A stretch of 64,000 bases of DNA from a phage. Of the stretch, positions 1 to 9,574 are shown one piece after another. The translations under genes were made by a program, and so were the position numbers. The stretch lies in sequence record PQ400055.1; one strand, written 5' to 3'. Under the pieces are notes generated by a model, which saw only the letters and a program-made list of their open reading frames with translations, ran no database searches and was not told the origin of the DNA. Numbering within the stretch: the stretch's first letter is position 1; each line of letters begins with the position of its first letter.

Positions 1-1391
1 AGCTCGTCGAGTTTTTCTCGTTTCTCGGCTTGCTGTGCGCTTTGTGGTTTAACTTGTGCATTCTCCTGATCTGCGATCTGGTTTGGGACTTCATACCAAC
101 GCTGATTGCCTTTTTTCACACCAACGTTAAACCGTGAATAATAGTTCTTATCACCGTAACGAGACTTGATCTGCTTCATGAGTTGGACGCCCATTTTAGC
201 CAGGTCTTCGGTTTCGATAACACCCAACATAAAGTCGGCAGTAGCCGGAAGACCTGCTGATTCAGCGGTATCACTCATGTTAAGGTCGGAAGCATCCCAA
301 CCAGCACGGGTAGTTTGTGCCGCAGTCCAACCAACAACATCCCACTTAACAAAAAATCCGCGAAGTTCTTCCGCAATCGCTTTAACGAGAGTGTAGCTAT
401 TCTCAGAGTATACACGCAAGCGAGACGATGCGCAAATCCCCAGATAGTCAACAATCACAACATCAGGTTTAAACTGTTTCTTGAGTCGCAATTCATTCAT
501 TAACGCCTCAAAGTGATTGGAGTTCGCGCCACCAGTCGGATACTGCTTGATCATCAATTTTCCAACCGGACGATCTCCGATCTTCTTATTCTTAACACGC
601 TTCATACGTGCGGAATATTCCGCAAAAGAAACATTACCATTATCCAATTCATCTAATGTAATGTCAAGCAAGTTTGCGTCGATACGTTTGGCTACGACAT
701 GCTCTGCCATCTCCATTGAGATATACAATACATCATAACCACATTCCATATAATCCGCAGCAAGAGAACATAATCCAAGCGATTTACCAACATTTACACC
801 AGCAAGCAACACATTTAGCGTTTTTCTTTCCGCACCTCCTTTCGTGATTTTATTCAACATCGGCAGCTTAAACGGGATCTTATTCGCCTTAGTCTGATAT
901 AGCAAGAATCGTTTTTCAAAGTCATTAAACCAGTCATGACCTACATCAGAATCAAACGTAATGGATAGTGCTTCCTGCATGATCTCAGGAATAGCACCCT
1001 CACTCGGCAATTTCTTATTCTGTTTCTCTTTTGGTAGTTGTGCGTTCGCCTGAATCTCTAGCGCCCGTGACATTGCATTATACATGGCACGGTCACGAAT
1101 AAATTTTTCGGTTTCCTTCATTAACCAATCAAGGTCTTCCGGTGTATTCTCAAGCGAATCAAGAAGAGTTTTAGCCCCTTCATATGTTGTCTGATTGCCT
1201 CTCTCCTTGTCTAAAGCAATCTGTAATGCAGTTGGCGTAGGAATGTTGGAATATTCGTCTACGTGCTTTTTAATCAGCTTATAAATCAGTTTTTCTTCGT
1301 CTTCGGTGAAGTAGTCCGCTTTAAGGTGAGGCCATACATTCGTAAAGAATGCGCCATTGTAAATCAACTGTGAAAAGATAGTTTTAATCAT
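1..1391 (-). CDS. 41: replicative DNA helicase gp41 (DnaB-like); 3' end runs off the window
   Basis: Minus-strand ORF from ATG near 1391 running past position 1 (absent from ORF track because it has no stop in the window); translation MIKTIFSQLIYNG... with Walker A GVNVGKS closely resembles T4 gp41; synteny 41-40-uvsX. Confidence 0.85.
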   Translation of the reverse strand, partial: MIKTIFSQLIYNGAFFTNVWPHLKADYFTEDEEKLIYKLIKKHVDEYSNIPTPTALQIALDKERGNQTTYEGAKTLLDSLENTPEDLDWLMKETEKFIRDRAMYNAMSRALEIQANAQLPKEKQNKKLPSEGAIPEIMQEALSITFDSDVGHDWFNDFEKRFLLYQTKANKIPFKLPMLNKITKGGAERKTLNVLLAGVNVGKSLGLCSLAADYMECGYDVLYISMEMAEHVVAKRIDANLLDITLDELDNGNVSFAEYSARMKRVKNKKIGDRPVGKLMIKQYPTGGANSNHFEALMNELRLKKQFKPDVVIVDYLGICASSRLRVYSENSYTLVKAIAEELRGFFVKWDVVGWTAAQTTRAGWDASDLNMSDTAESAGLPATADFMLGVIETEDLAKMGVQLMKQIKSRYGDKNYYSRFNVGVKKGNQRWYEVPNQIADQENAQVKPQSAQQAEKREKLDE

Positions 1392-1705
1392 ACATAGCCC
1401 CCAACTACACGCATAACAAAGGTCTTGAGTTTATACCAGAAAGTTTCTTTTTTCAACTTTTCTTCTGCTTCTTTGATCTGCGCGGTTAACGCCTTAATGA
1501 CGTGTGGATATACCACATCACGATCTGACGGCGTGGAGTAGTCGACCACAATACCTTTAGTGTCTGTATCGTATTCAACATTATGAATATAGACAATATG
1601 ATGTTCTCCCTCTTCATCAACAATTATCAGTTCCTGAATAACTGTCTTCATTGCTTCTTGAATCAAGCCGTGTGCTTCTTCTAAACTTGTTGGTTTCTTA
1701 TCCAT
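1388..1705 (-). CDS. small protein at the gene 40 position (function not verified)
   Basis: 105 aa ORF, ATG start, stop overlaps gp41 start; lies between uvsX and 41 as T4 gene 40 does. Confidence 0.5.
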   Translation of the reverse strand: MDKKPTSLEEAHGLIQEAMKTVIQELIIVDEEGEHHIVYIHNVEYDTDTKGIVVDYSTPSDRDVVYPHVIKALTAQIKEAEEKLKKETFWYKLKTFVMRVVGGYV

Positions 1706-1724
1706 AATATAATCCTCTCTAGAT

Positions 1725-1750
1725 ATGAAAAAGGGGCACGTAGCCCCTTT
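1725..1750 (-). terminator. rho-independent terminator downstream of uvsX (possibly bidirectional)
   Basis: GGGGC-acgta-GCCCC hairpin flanked by an A-run and a T-run. Confidence 0.45.
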
Positions 1751-1760
1751 ACTACCATTG

Positions 1761-2831
1761 TTATGCTAACATATCTTCGATTTCTTTGTCAACTGCTTCG
1801 TCGCTGATCACTTGCCCCAGCTTATAATGATCGTTGATTGCTTCGTTAAACTTATCGTTTGTCAGAAGTGGTTTCCAGAACTCAATGCTATTGGTTTCTT
1901 TAGCACGGAACTTGCGTTCTTCGGTTTCCATCTCTCCGGTCTCGGTATTTAGGATTGAACGAGAATACCAGCCGTTTGACGGTTTCACTACCCAGCCTAA
2001 ATCTACAGCCAATTCCAGCAACCCGGAATAAGGATCGATACCACCGCTAAATGTTACGCTAATCGGGAACTTAGATTTTTCTTTAACGGTTCGTGATTTT
2101 TCCGCATTCAGGATAAAATCATAACCAGTAATTTCGGTTCCTTCTTTCTGCTGACGACGACCAATAATGAAAACTTCATTGGCTGAATACATCGCGCCCG
2201 TACCGCCGGACATAACGGTCTTACTAAACATTTCTTGCGTTTCGTAAGTGTGGTTAATAGCGATGCACGGGATATCATTCATAGTCAGATACGGCGTAAC
2301 CATACGGAACAAGCCTTTAAGTGCTTTAGCTCGCGTCATATCCTGCGCTGATTTCTCATTAATCGCGTCTTCAACTTCTTTTTTGCTTGCTAAGTTACCG
2401 ATTGAGTCAATAAAGATGATCACTTTATCTTCACGGGTAATTTGCTCAAGCTGGTTCATGATTTCAAATTTCAGTTCTTCGATGTTCTTGATTGGAACAT
2501 GCACCACGCGATCAGGATCTACACCCATAGATTCAAGATAAGCGGACGTAATACCAAACTCAGAATCAAAGAACAAGCACGCCGCATCAGGATTCTGTTT
2601 CATGTATGCACTAACGCAAGTTAATCCCATGTTTGATTTAAAGTGCTTAGACGGACCAGCAAAGAAAATCAGACCAGATTGAAAGCCTTTTTTAAGATCA
2701 CCTGAAAACGCAATATTCAGCATCGGGATCTTAGTGCGAGTATTTGTTTTTTCGTTAAAGAAGCTGGATTTAGACAGTACCGCAGTAGTTTTCAGGGTAG
2801 AGTTCTTTTTCAGTTTTTCCAGTACAGACAT
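1761..2831 (-). CDS. uvsX: UvsX recombinase (RecA/Rad51-like)
   Basis: 356 aa; FAGPSKHFKS P-loop region; closely resembles T4 UvsX over most of its length (IPCIAINHTYETQEMFSKTVM). Confidence 0.93.
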   Translation of the reverse strand: MSVLEKLKKNSTLKTTAVLSKSSFFNEKTNTRTKIPMLNIAFSGDLKKGFQSGLIFFAGPSKHFKSNMGLTCVSAYMKQNPDAACLFFDSEFGITSAYLESMGVDPDRVVHVPIKNIEELKFEIMNQLEQITREDKVIIFIDSIGNLASKKEVEDAINEKSAQDMTRAKALKGLFRMVTPYLTMNDIPCIAINHTYETQEMFSKTVMSGGTGAMYSANEVFIIGRRQQKEGTEITGYDFILNAEKSRTVKEKSKFPISVTFSGGIDPYSGLLELAVDLGWVVKPSNGWYSRSILNTETGEMETEERKFRAKETNSIEFWKPLLTNDKFNEAINDHYKLGQVISDEAVDKEIEDMLA

Positions 2832-2842
2832 TATTAATACCT

Positions 2843-3070
2843 CTATTCAGTTAATCCGTAATACTTTAATTGCTTCATTGTTATTCGATCTTTGTAGTGC
2901 TCTTGAATTAACTTTTTCATCGCATCAACATCGATCGTCACAAATACTTCGTTGCTGTGATTTCCGTGAACTTTCTTGAAATGCTCTATGCCTTCCTCAC
3001 GTTCACGTTTAATCTTTTCAATGTCTCTCATCGTATATTTCTCACGTTGGCGGGTATCGTCACCCAACAC
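2843..3070 (-). CDS. hypothetical protein
   Basis: 75 aa ORF between uvsX and gene 43, minus strand, tight spacing. Confidence 0.45.
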   Translation of the reverse strand: MLGDDTRQREKYTMRDIEKIKREREEGIEHFKKVHGNHSNEVFVTIDVDAMKKLIQEHYKDRITMKQLKYYGLTE

Positions 3071-3092
3071 CCGCCATTATACACACTTTATC

Positions 3093-5771
3093 TTAAATGT
3101 CAAACAGGTCAGTCAGAGAAGCAACTTTCTCATATTGCAGCTTTGCAGCCGTGGTAATGTTCTCCAGTGGTTTGACGAAAGTCTTATTAAACAACAAAGG
3201 CCAGTCTAACCACTTTAACACCTCTGATTCAATTTCTGGAGGAATACGAGTACCGGACAACCAACCAAAACAGATTTCTCCAAACGGATTTCGATCTTTC
3301 AGCGGTACAATCATAACCTTCTCGCCCTCACGAATTGGATCTAGTCCGAATTTTCGAGCATTACGATTATAACACAATACACTCTTAACCGCATACGGAC
3401 AACCCTTAATCGGATACCCGTTTGAATCGCTGTATTTCTGTAGGTTGTTTGCAGATGATACCGCAGCAACCTCAAGATAATCAAGTTTTCTAAATTCTTG
3501 CTCAAAAATACCGTAGTATTCCTGCAATGACTCTTCACCTTCCTGCAACATACGGCGAATACATTCTTTCAGTGATTTCTGACATGCTTTAGGGGTGGAG
3601 CTACGTTGCGTTTCCAAGCCCATGATTTTTAGCTTAGGTTCAGCAAAGCGCGTTCCTTCCATATCCCAAACATTAAGAGCATAACGCTTTTTGCCAGTCC
3701 AGAATCCACCGATACCCGCAGATTTCAACGGAGGACCAGCAATTGCCTCACGGTCCATAAACATCAAGTGCTCATAGTTGTTCATGTACTCGCATAACTC
3801 GCGATATCCCTTGTCGATAATAGGTTCCATTCGATGTTTACCGAAATTATCAAGGAAGTCAACAAGTTTTTCGGTATCGTCGAAACGGTCTTCCCCGCCA
3901 ACCTTATCAACAACATTGTTAACCAGCACATAAACGGAGTCAGTATCACAATAACGAACATATGCAAAATCGGTTGTTCCGCAAAGCTCGTTTAAGTATT
4001 CGTTAATCTTACGCTCAATCCACTGAATTGCAAGCTGACCAAACAAGGTGATCGCACTAGCGTTACGGAGATCATAAAAACGGAATTTAGGATTCCCCAA
4101 CGCACCATAAAGGGAGTTGATCAAAACTTTTCGAGAAAGCTGGTTTGTATTGCACAAGATCGACTCGTCTTTACATTCTTCCAGCAATTTCTCTAAGGCA
4201 TCTTTACTTAATTCAGAAAGCATCGATTTAAACGCTTCATCAAAGTCGTGACGTACTTCAACGCTATAGCTAATGGTTCCCCCATAAACATGATTTTCAT
4301 CGTGTAGAATCGCTTTACAGAGTTCAGCATTGCGATCACATGCCAACATCATGTTTTTGTACTGCTTACGCTGATCGAATACCTTTTTAATCTCAATCGG
4401 TACGATACCGTGAATATCTTTTCTATACATCCATCCGTTAGGAGAGCAAGAATACTCATCACTCGGACGTGGTGCAGTTTTATTGATATACTCGTGCATC
4501 GGTGCAGCATCAAAAGATCCGGCGATTGTTTCCGGCGAAATGTTAACCTGTCGAATAATAGATGGGTACAGACTTGTTAAGTCAAAGCTCATCATCCAAC
4601 GGTAAGCATTCGGCACAGGTTCTTTTACGAATGCGCCTGGATACGTCTGCTTAGGCTGTATCTTATTTTCCGGTACTACTTTACCCTCAGCTTTCAGAGA
4701 TCCGAAGATAATAGCATCCCATACTTTCATCGGGTTATAAACATGGTTAAATTTAATCTTTGCATAGAAACATAGACTATACACAAGATCGATAAATCCA
4801 CGCTTTTTATCAATCGCCAGCACACGATCAACGTCGCCGATGTTATAATCGATGTAAAGTTGATGGTTGTCATCACGCAATTTCTTTAACGGACCATCAT
4901 AATCAACCTTACCGATTCCTGTCTCATATTCAGCAACATAATCTAACGCATATGTTGGTTGAGTCGTAAAGCTAAATTTCTTGTACAGGTCAATATAATC
5001 AAGGCTTTCGATCCCCATGATCGTAAATGCTTCACGCTCGTTGCCAAAATCATCCTGTGAGATTCGGGATTTAATCTTACCGCACGGGCTTAGACGGTTA
5101 GCGGTTCTACTTCCGAACTTATTACTGATACGTTTAATGATATATGGAATATCGAATGTTTCTGTGTTCCAGCCAGTGAAACCAACGGGTCGGTTTTCCT
5201 CAAAGAATCGGATGTATTCTAACAGCAATTCATCTTCTGTGTCATAGACGTTATAAACAACGCGCTCTACAATATCAGGTCGAAGAATAGACTTGCTTGC
5301 TTCCCAGATTTCACCGTTTTTTCCCTTCAAATCAAATACAAAGAAACGATCATGTACTGAATCATAATGCGTAATTGCATCGATAGGATATTTCGCTTCT
5401 TCTGGTTTAGGAAATTCTGGGGCAGTGACCTCGATATCAACCCATGCTACACGGATTTTATTTCGGTCATATCGAATCTCTCCTTTATACGTATCAGACA
5501 GATAGGAGATGATAAAATCATCCATCCCTAGCGCCTCTTGCCCCATTTCTCCCATCTTTTTACGCCATTTGTTGGCCTCGTTCATAGAGGGGAATTTTTT
5601 AGCAATGCAAGGCTTGCCATAGATATCTTTATAATTCGTAACCATACCAGGCGCGGCATGATGAAATAAAGTTGGCGTATATTCAACGTAACGCTCTTGT
5701 TCTTGTCCAGCATCATCAATATAACGCTCGTAGATCTTATCACCTACTCGCTCACATGACAGAAAATACAT
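3093..5771 (-). CDS. 43: DNA polymerase gp43 (family B)
   Basis: Track ORF 3093..5801 trimmed to in-frame ATG (M11) with GGAG Shine-Dalgarno; exo motif VDIEV, pol motifs KILINSLYG and YCDTDSVYV; T4 gp43-like throughout. Confidence 0.93.
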   Translation of the reverse strand: MYFLSCERVGDKIYERYIDDAGQEQERYVEYTPTLFHHAAPGMVTNYKDIYGKPCIAKKFPSMNEANKWRKKMGEMGQEALGMDDFIISYLSDTYKGEIRYDRNKIRVAWVDIEVTAPEFPKPEEAKYPIDAITHYDSVHDRFFVFDLKGKNGEIWEASKSILRPDIVERVVYNVYDTEDELLLEYIRFFEENRPVGFTGWNTETFDIPYIIKRISNKFGSRTANRLSPCGKIKSRISQDDFGNEREAFTIMGIESLDYIDLYKKFSFTTQPTYALDYVAEYETGIGKVDYDGPLKKLRDDNHQLYIDYNIGDVDRVLAIDKKRGFIDLVYSLCFYAKIKFNHVYNPMKVWDAIIFGSLKAEGKVVPENKIQPKQTYPGAFVKEPVPNAYRWMMSFDLTSLYPSIIRQVNISPETIAGSFDAAPMHEYINKTAPRPSDEYSCSPNGWMYRKDIHGIVPIEIKKVFDQRKQYKNMMLACDRNAELCKAILHDENHVYGGTISYSVEVRHDFDEAFKSMLSELSKDALEKLLEECKDESILCNTNQLSRKVLINSLYGALGNPKFRFYDLRNASAITLFGQLAIQWIERKINEYLNELCGTTDFAYVRYCDTDSVYVLVNNVVDKVGGEDRFDDTEKLVDFLDNFGKHRMEPIIDKGYRELCEYMNNYEHLMFMDREAIAGPPLKSAGIGGFWTGKKRYALNVWDMEGTRFAEPKLKIMGLETQRSSTPKACQKSLKECIRRMLQEGEESLQEYYGIFEQEFRKLDYLEVAAVSSANNLQKYSDSNGYPIKGCPYAVKSVLCYNRNARKFGLDPIREGEKVMIVPLKDRNPFGEICFGWLSGTRIPPEIESEVLKWLDWPLLFNKTFVKPLENITTAAKLQYEKVASLTDLFDI

Positions 5772-5803
5772 AATATAAACTCCTTCACTTACGAAAGACA
5801 CTC

Positions 5804-5832
5804 ATTATAGGGGAATCGACTTAGTTTGTCAA
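5804..5832 (-). promoter_or_regulatory. sigma70-type promoter upstream of gene 43 (TTGACA-17-TATAAT)
   Basis: Reverse complement reads TTGACA, 17 nt spacer, TATAAT; the spacer and leader lie within an AGGGG/CCCCT inverted repeat (T4 gene 43 has a translational operator here). Confidence 0.4.
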
Positions 5833-5853
5833 TACCCCTATCCCATCAGTATC

Positions 5854-6216
5854 TTATCGCCCGATCTGATATTTCTCGATCAGCGTCCACTCTTCTTTCT
5901 GTTTGAAAGACAATACACGGAAATTATTAACTTCGGTAGTTTCAAAATCACTATCAATCAGGGTACACAGATTCCACTGCGCCAGAAGTTTTGCAATGTT
6001 ATTACGGCGTAATTCATCTTCCCACGTCATTTTAACACTACGACCATCTAATTTCAACAACTCCTTGAAATGAACGATGTAATAGCGCCCTTTCTTCTGG
6101 AGAATATGACAAGACTGATACAGTGTCTTGTCTCGATTGTTGGCAATGCCGCAGCGGGTTAAAGTTTCCTTAATTTTAAGGAAGTTTTCAGGACTAATCA
6201 AATTAATTTCAATCAT
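5854..6216 (-). CDS. regA: RegA translational repressor
   Basis: 120 aa; MIEINL...YQSCHILQKKGRYYIVHFKE closely resembles T4 RegA; position between 43 and 62. Confidence 0.9.
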   Translation of the reverse strand: MIEINLISPENFLKIKETLTRCGIANNRDKTLYQSCHILQKKGRYYIVHFKELLKLDGRSVKMTWEDELRRNNIAKLLAQWNLCTLIDSDFETTEVNNFRVLSFKQKEEWTLIEKYQIGR

Positions 6217-6217
6217 T

Positions 6218-6796
6218 TTACCACCTTTCTATAATCTTTTTAAGTCGTTTCCTTTCTGTCTGATTCTTAGTAACACCCGCCAAAAGTTCATCGGTCGCAT
6301 ACGGTTTAATGTGCTTCAATAACTTGTCCATATATCCCTTTTCATTAGCCAAATCGAGATAAAACCGGGCGTCATCCATATTTACACAATATGCTTTCGC
6401 CACTGCCATTAAAACCAATTTTTGGTCCAATTCTTCTGTTAGTTTAGCCCATTTACCGTATCGTTTCCCCTTAGAAATACTCTGTAAGAGATAATCAAAA
6501 TGCATTTGATCTGGGAGGCCATGACCGATTAAATTCATCACATACGCGCTATATAGGCAATCTGCGTGCTGGGAAAGAGCGGTGTTAATCCATCTCTGGT
6601 TATATGCAGAATTGTTTCCCACATTAACGCGCTGTTTATCTAAGGTGATATGATCCATCAGAGCAAATAATGCATTGTCGGTTTTCTCGGTGAATGTGTC
6701 CGCTAATTCAGACACCTTTTCCCAATCACGAGAGCGCCATGCAATTTCATGCTCGTTTAATTGTGTATCATCTTCACCGAAAAATTGACCTAACAT
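6218..6796 (-). CDS. 62: clamp loader small subunit gp62
   Basis: 192 aa ORF between regA and gene 44; size and position match T4 gp62; start overlaps gene 44 stop. Confidence 0.7.
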   Translation of the reverse strand: MLGQFFGEDDTQLNEHEIAWRSRDWEKVSELADTFTEKTDNALFALMDHITLDKQRVNVGNNSAYNQRWINTALSQHADCLYSAYVMNLIGHGLPDQMHFDYLLQSISKGKRYGKWAKLTEELDQKLVLMAVAKAYCVNMDDARFYLDLANEKGYMDKLLKHIKPYATDELLAGVTKNQTERKRLKKIIERW

Positions 6797-7770
6797 TATA
6801 CGAACTCCAATTCAACCATTAATTGCATTAACAAAAAGACAATGTGAATCTCTTTATCAGCCGCGTGCGCAAACATCTGATTATTTTCACCAATAATCTC
6901 GGTCAGACGAATAATAGACGCTGGCTTAACTTGAGTATACAACTCATTATAAAGTTTCTTGACAAATTGAGCGTATGTATTGGTATAGCGTGGCGCGAGT
7001 TTACGCACATTAGCAAACTGTTTAGTTTTAAGTGCTTCCACCACATCGGTTACTTCGGTATTGCTACTTTCGATAACCATGCTCAATACGCCAGCATCAA
7101 TTTTACCATGTTTAGCGTAGCGGTCCAAAAGTTTCATTACGCGTCGGAAGTCTGGGAAGTTCTGCTTAACCAATTCCGCTAATACGCGCATTTCTTCTAC
7201 TGGTACACCTTCTTTATCAAGAATTGCTTTACACCGGACGATCATTTCTTTCATCATGCGAAGCTGATCATCTTTAGTCGGAGATCCAAACGTGATGGGG
7301 TCAAAACGAGATCGTAACGCTGGGATAATACCTTCTAGATCGTTTGCTGTGATAATGAATGTTACATTGTTTGAGTATGCCTCAGAGAAACTACGCAAGT
7401 GTCTTTGAGCATCAGCTAGCCCCGCTCGGTCATACTCATCGATAATAACAACTTTGCCTTTTTCTCGTTTTTCTTCATCGAGTGATACACTCTGCGCAAA
7501 GCGTGTAATCTCATCTCGGATAAAATCAATCTTACAATCTGCGCCGTTAACAAACAGATAATCAACACCCACATCTTCGCAAAGCGCCTTAGCAACGGTT
7601 GTTTTACCAGTACCCGGCGATGGGCTATGCAGAATCATTGAAGGGATTCGGCCTTGCTTAACAATCTGCGCGAAGATCTTTTTATCTGCTTCCGGCAGAA
7701 TACATTCAGAAATTGATTTCGGACGGTATTTCTGTTCCCACTGAAACTCATTTTCATTAACACTCAGCAT
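6796..7770 (-). CDS. 44: clamp loader ATPase gp44 (AAA+)
   Basis: Start trimmed to internal ATG (M6); Walker A SPSPGTGKTT, Walker B VVIIDEYD; resembles T4 gp44. Confidence 0.9.
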   Translation of the reverse strand: MLSVNENEFQWEQKYRPKSISECILPEADKKIFAQIVKQGRIPSMILHSPSPGTGKTTVAKALCEDVGVDYLFVNGADCKIDFIRDEITRFAQSVSLDEEKREKGKVVIIDEYDRAGLADAQRHLRSFSEAYSNNVTFIITANDLEGIIPALRSRFDPITFGSPTKDDQLRMMKEMIVRCKAILDKEGVPVEEMRVLAELVKQNFPDFRRVMKLLDRYAKHGKIDAGVLSMVIESSNTEVTDVVEALKTKQFANVRKLAPRYTNTYAQFVKKLYNELYTQVKPASIIRLTEIIGENNQMFAHAADKEIHIVFLLMQLMVELEFV

Positions 7771-7795
7771 ATAATCACCTCTCACAAATTACATC

Positions 7796-7824
7796 ATTAA
7801 AACGGGGAGTATTTTATACTCCCC
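7796..7824 (-). terminator. hairpin/terminator between genes 45 and 44
   Basis: GGGGAGTA-ttttA-TACTCCCC inverted repeat followed on the minus strand by GTTTTAAT. Confidence 0.4.
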
Positions 7825-7836
7825 ACAAACATTATA

Positions 7837-8523
7837 TTAGTCGGTGTAGCTGGAGTCAAGGTCACACGCGATCATATAAGATACGGTTTCACTTGCCAGC
7901 CATACAGCCTTACGGCGAGTGAAGCTCAGTTTGTAATCGCCGAAGTCAGTAGCAACCAGTTTCATGTTATCTTTACGAATAAAGAAATGGAAGTCTGCGG
8001 TTCCGGTATATTCGCCCATATCAAGACAAAACATCTCATTAGGATTATTTTTGTCAATCTCTTCCCAACCTTTGATCATCAGACGACCATCAATCGGAAG
8101 AAATTCAAGGCGGTCCACTTTAAGCTGATTGCTCATTTTCATAAGCTGTTTCAGATCGTCGTTGCTCAGTTCGTAATCTACATCGCTTGCAGGTGGAGTA
8201 ACTCGGCCTTTCGGTGATACGATAGCAGCAGCACTAGCACCAGGATAATTAATTTTCAGACGATCATTAGACACACGAATGTTTCCGGTGCGGTCATCAA
8301 CCGTAATATCTGCTTCATCGCCTACCAGATTCAGAATACCCAGGAAAGAGTTAAGATCATAGATCCCAATTTCGTGTTCCAGTTCTTGATTCAGAGTCGC
8401 TTCACCATATACAACGTTTGTCATGTTTTTGGTGATTAGGACGTTTCCTTTTTTCAGGATGATACCTGGGTTAATAGCGGAAAAGTTTTTCAGGGTAGCA
8501 ATGGTTTCTTTAGTCAGTTTCAT
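7837..8523 (-). CDS. 45: sliding clamp gp45
   Basis: 228 aa from internal ATG; MKLTKETIATLKNF... resembles T4 gp45; synteny. Confidence 0.9.
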   Translation of the reverse strand: MKLTKETIATLKNFSAINPGIILKKGNVLITKNMTNVVYGEATLNQELEHEIGIYDLNSFLGILNLVGDEADITVDDRTGNIRVSNDRLKINYPGASAAAIVSPKGRVTPPASDVDYELSNDDLKQLMKMSNQLKVDRLEFLPIDGRLMIKGWEEIDKNNPNEMFCLDMGEYTGTADFHFFIRKDNMKLVATDFGDYKLSFTRRKAVWLASETVSYMIACDLDSSYTD

Positions 8524-8553
8524 CAAATCACCTTTATCATGTTAATCAATTAA

Positions 8554-8931
8554 TTACGGGTTTACTTCGTGCTCATTTTGAATCTTTAGCATTCTTTCGA
8601 TAAATTTTTTCTCGGCTTCCTTGTCGGATGAGTGAGTATACTTCAATCCAATGTAAGCTGTCAAGTATTGTTGCAGAGCATAGACAGTAACAGGATTCTT
8701 TGCGGTCTTTTTGCCGTCGAGATATACCAGATCACCACGAACATCAAACGCAAGTTTACGACGAATCACATCATCAACAAATTTATCTAGAACAAAATAC
8801 CACTCAATACACTCTATCCCGTGACGGTAGTTCATTACATCATTATCTTTGATATAGTCAAACGGAATATGACATAATTTACTATTTTGTAGGATGAATA
8901 GCATTTGTTCTTTTAAGCTCATACGTTTCAT
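8554..8931 (-). CDS. hypothetical protein at the rpbA position
   Basis: ORF between 45 and 46; start set to internal ATG (M8) after the upstream stop; identity with RpbA not verified. Confidence 0.45.
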   Translation of the reverse strand: MKRMSLKEQMLFILQNSKLCHIPFDYIKDNDVMNYRHGIECIEWYFVLDKFVDDVIRRKLAFDVRGDLVYLDGKKTAKNPVTVYALQQYLTAYIGLKYTHSSDKEAEKKFIERMLKIQNEHEVNP

Positions 8932-8935
8932 TCTA

Positions 8936-9328
8936 TCACTTCCCATCAGCAATTGCGATCAGACGAGTTACTACTACGCTAGCGGCTTCAATCAGCAGTT
9001 CATCAGTGTCAATCTGATAACCCTTTTCGAGAATATCTTTACCTCGAATAGTTTTAGCGCCTTTAGCAATTGAATCATCGTAATACTTGCGCATTGCCGC
9101 GATCCATTCTTTTTGCACCATATCATCAATATGCGCGTACAGTTCAAAGCGTGCTTGCTGCGGGATAACCTTCATTTTAGCTTTCTCGCTTTCCGGCATT
9201 TGTAGTACCCACGCTTTACGGATCTTGTTCATTGCTCGGTCAAATTCGAGACTGGTTTTCTTGTTCTGAATGTCTGCTACAGTAATTTTAGCCAGGTTTG
9301 CGGAAGTAGTCATAATATTAATCTCCAA
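8936..9328 (-). CDS. hypothetical protein
   Basis: 130 aa minus-strand ORF in the 45-46 interval. Confidence 0.5.
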   Translation of the reverse strand: MEINIMTTSANLAKITVADIQNKKTSLEFDRAMNKIRKAWVLQMPESEKAKMKVIPQQARFELYAHIDDMVQKEWIAAMRKYYDDSIAKGAKTIRGKDILEKGYQIDTDELLIEAASVVVTRLIAIADGK

Positions 9329-9343
9329 AATAAAATCAGTATA

Positions 9344-9574
9344 TCACGTTCTAAAGTTTGTTGCAACCCCAGCATCAGGGTAATCGAGTTTATCAAAGTT
9401 GGGGACCAGCATAAACTCATGATGACGACAAGACAACATTTTTGTTATGTCTGCATCGCTGTATATGCTGTTTTTCATATCCCCCATACTAACTACATAT
9501 TCTTCACCGGAATATAGATTGATTAAGGTATACAATTCTAACTCCGGCTGCGTTACTCTGTCAAATGTTAACAT
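9344..9574 (-). CDS. hypothetical protein
   Basis: 76 aa ORF whose stop overlaps the start of gene 46. Confidence 0.45.
   Translation of the reverse strand: MLTFDRVTQPELELYTLINLYSGEEYVVSMGDMKNSIYSDADITKMLSCRHHEFMLVPNFDKLDYPDAGVATNFRT

Noticed and set aside
166-738. Plus-strand track ORFs (166..396, 315..503, 517..738) inside the gene 41 region
   Set aside because: They are antisense to a long, well-supported minus-strand helicase gene; typical shadow ORFs without ribosome-binding sites.
3097-5247. Plus-strand ORFs antisense to DNA polymerase (for example 3097..3372, 5017..5247) and similar antisense ORFs throughout 1-52 kb
   Set aside because: They overlap strongly supported genes on the opposite strand and have no conserved motifs or start contexts.
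5772-5801. N-terminal extensions of track ORFs (gene 43 to 5801, gene 44 to 7785, gene 46 to 11258, regB to 38591 and others)
   Set aside because: The track appears to use the longest frame including non-ATG starts; in-frame internal ATGs with Shine-Dalgarno sequences match T4 protein N-termini, and several extensions run through promoter or leader sequence.
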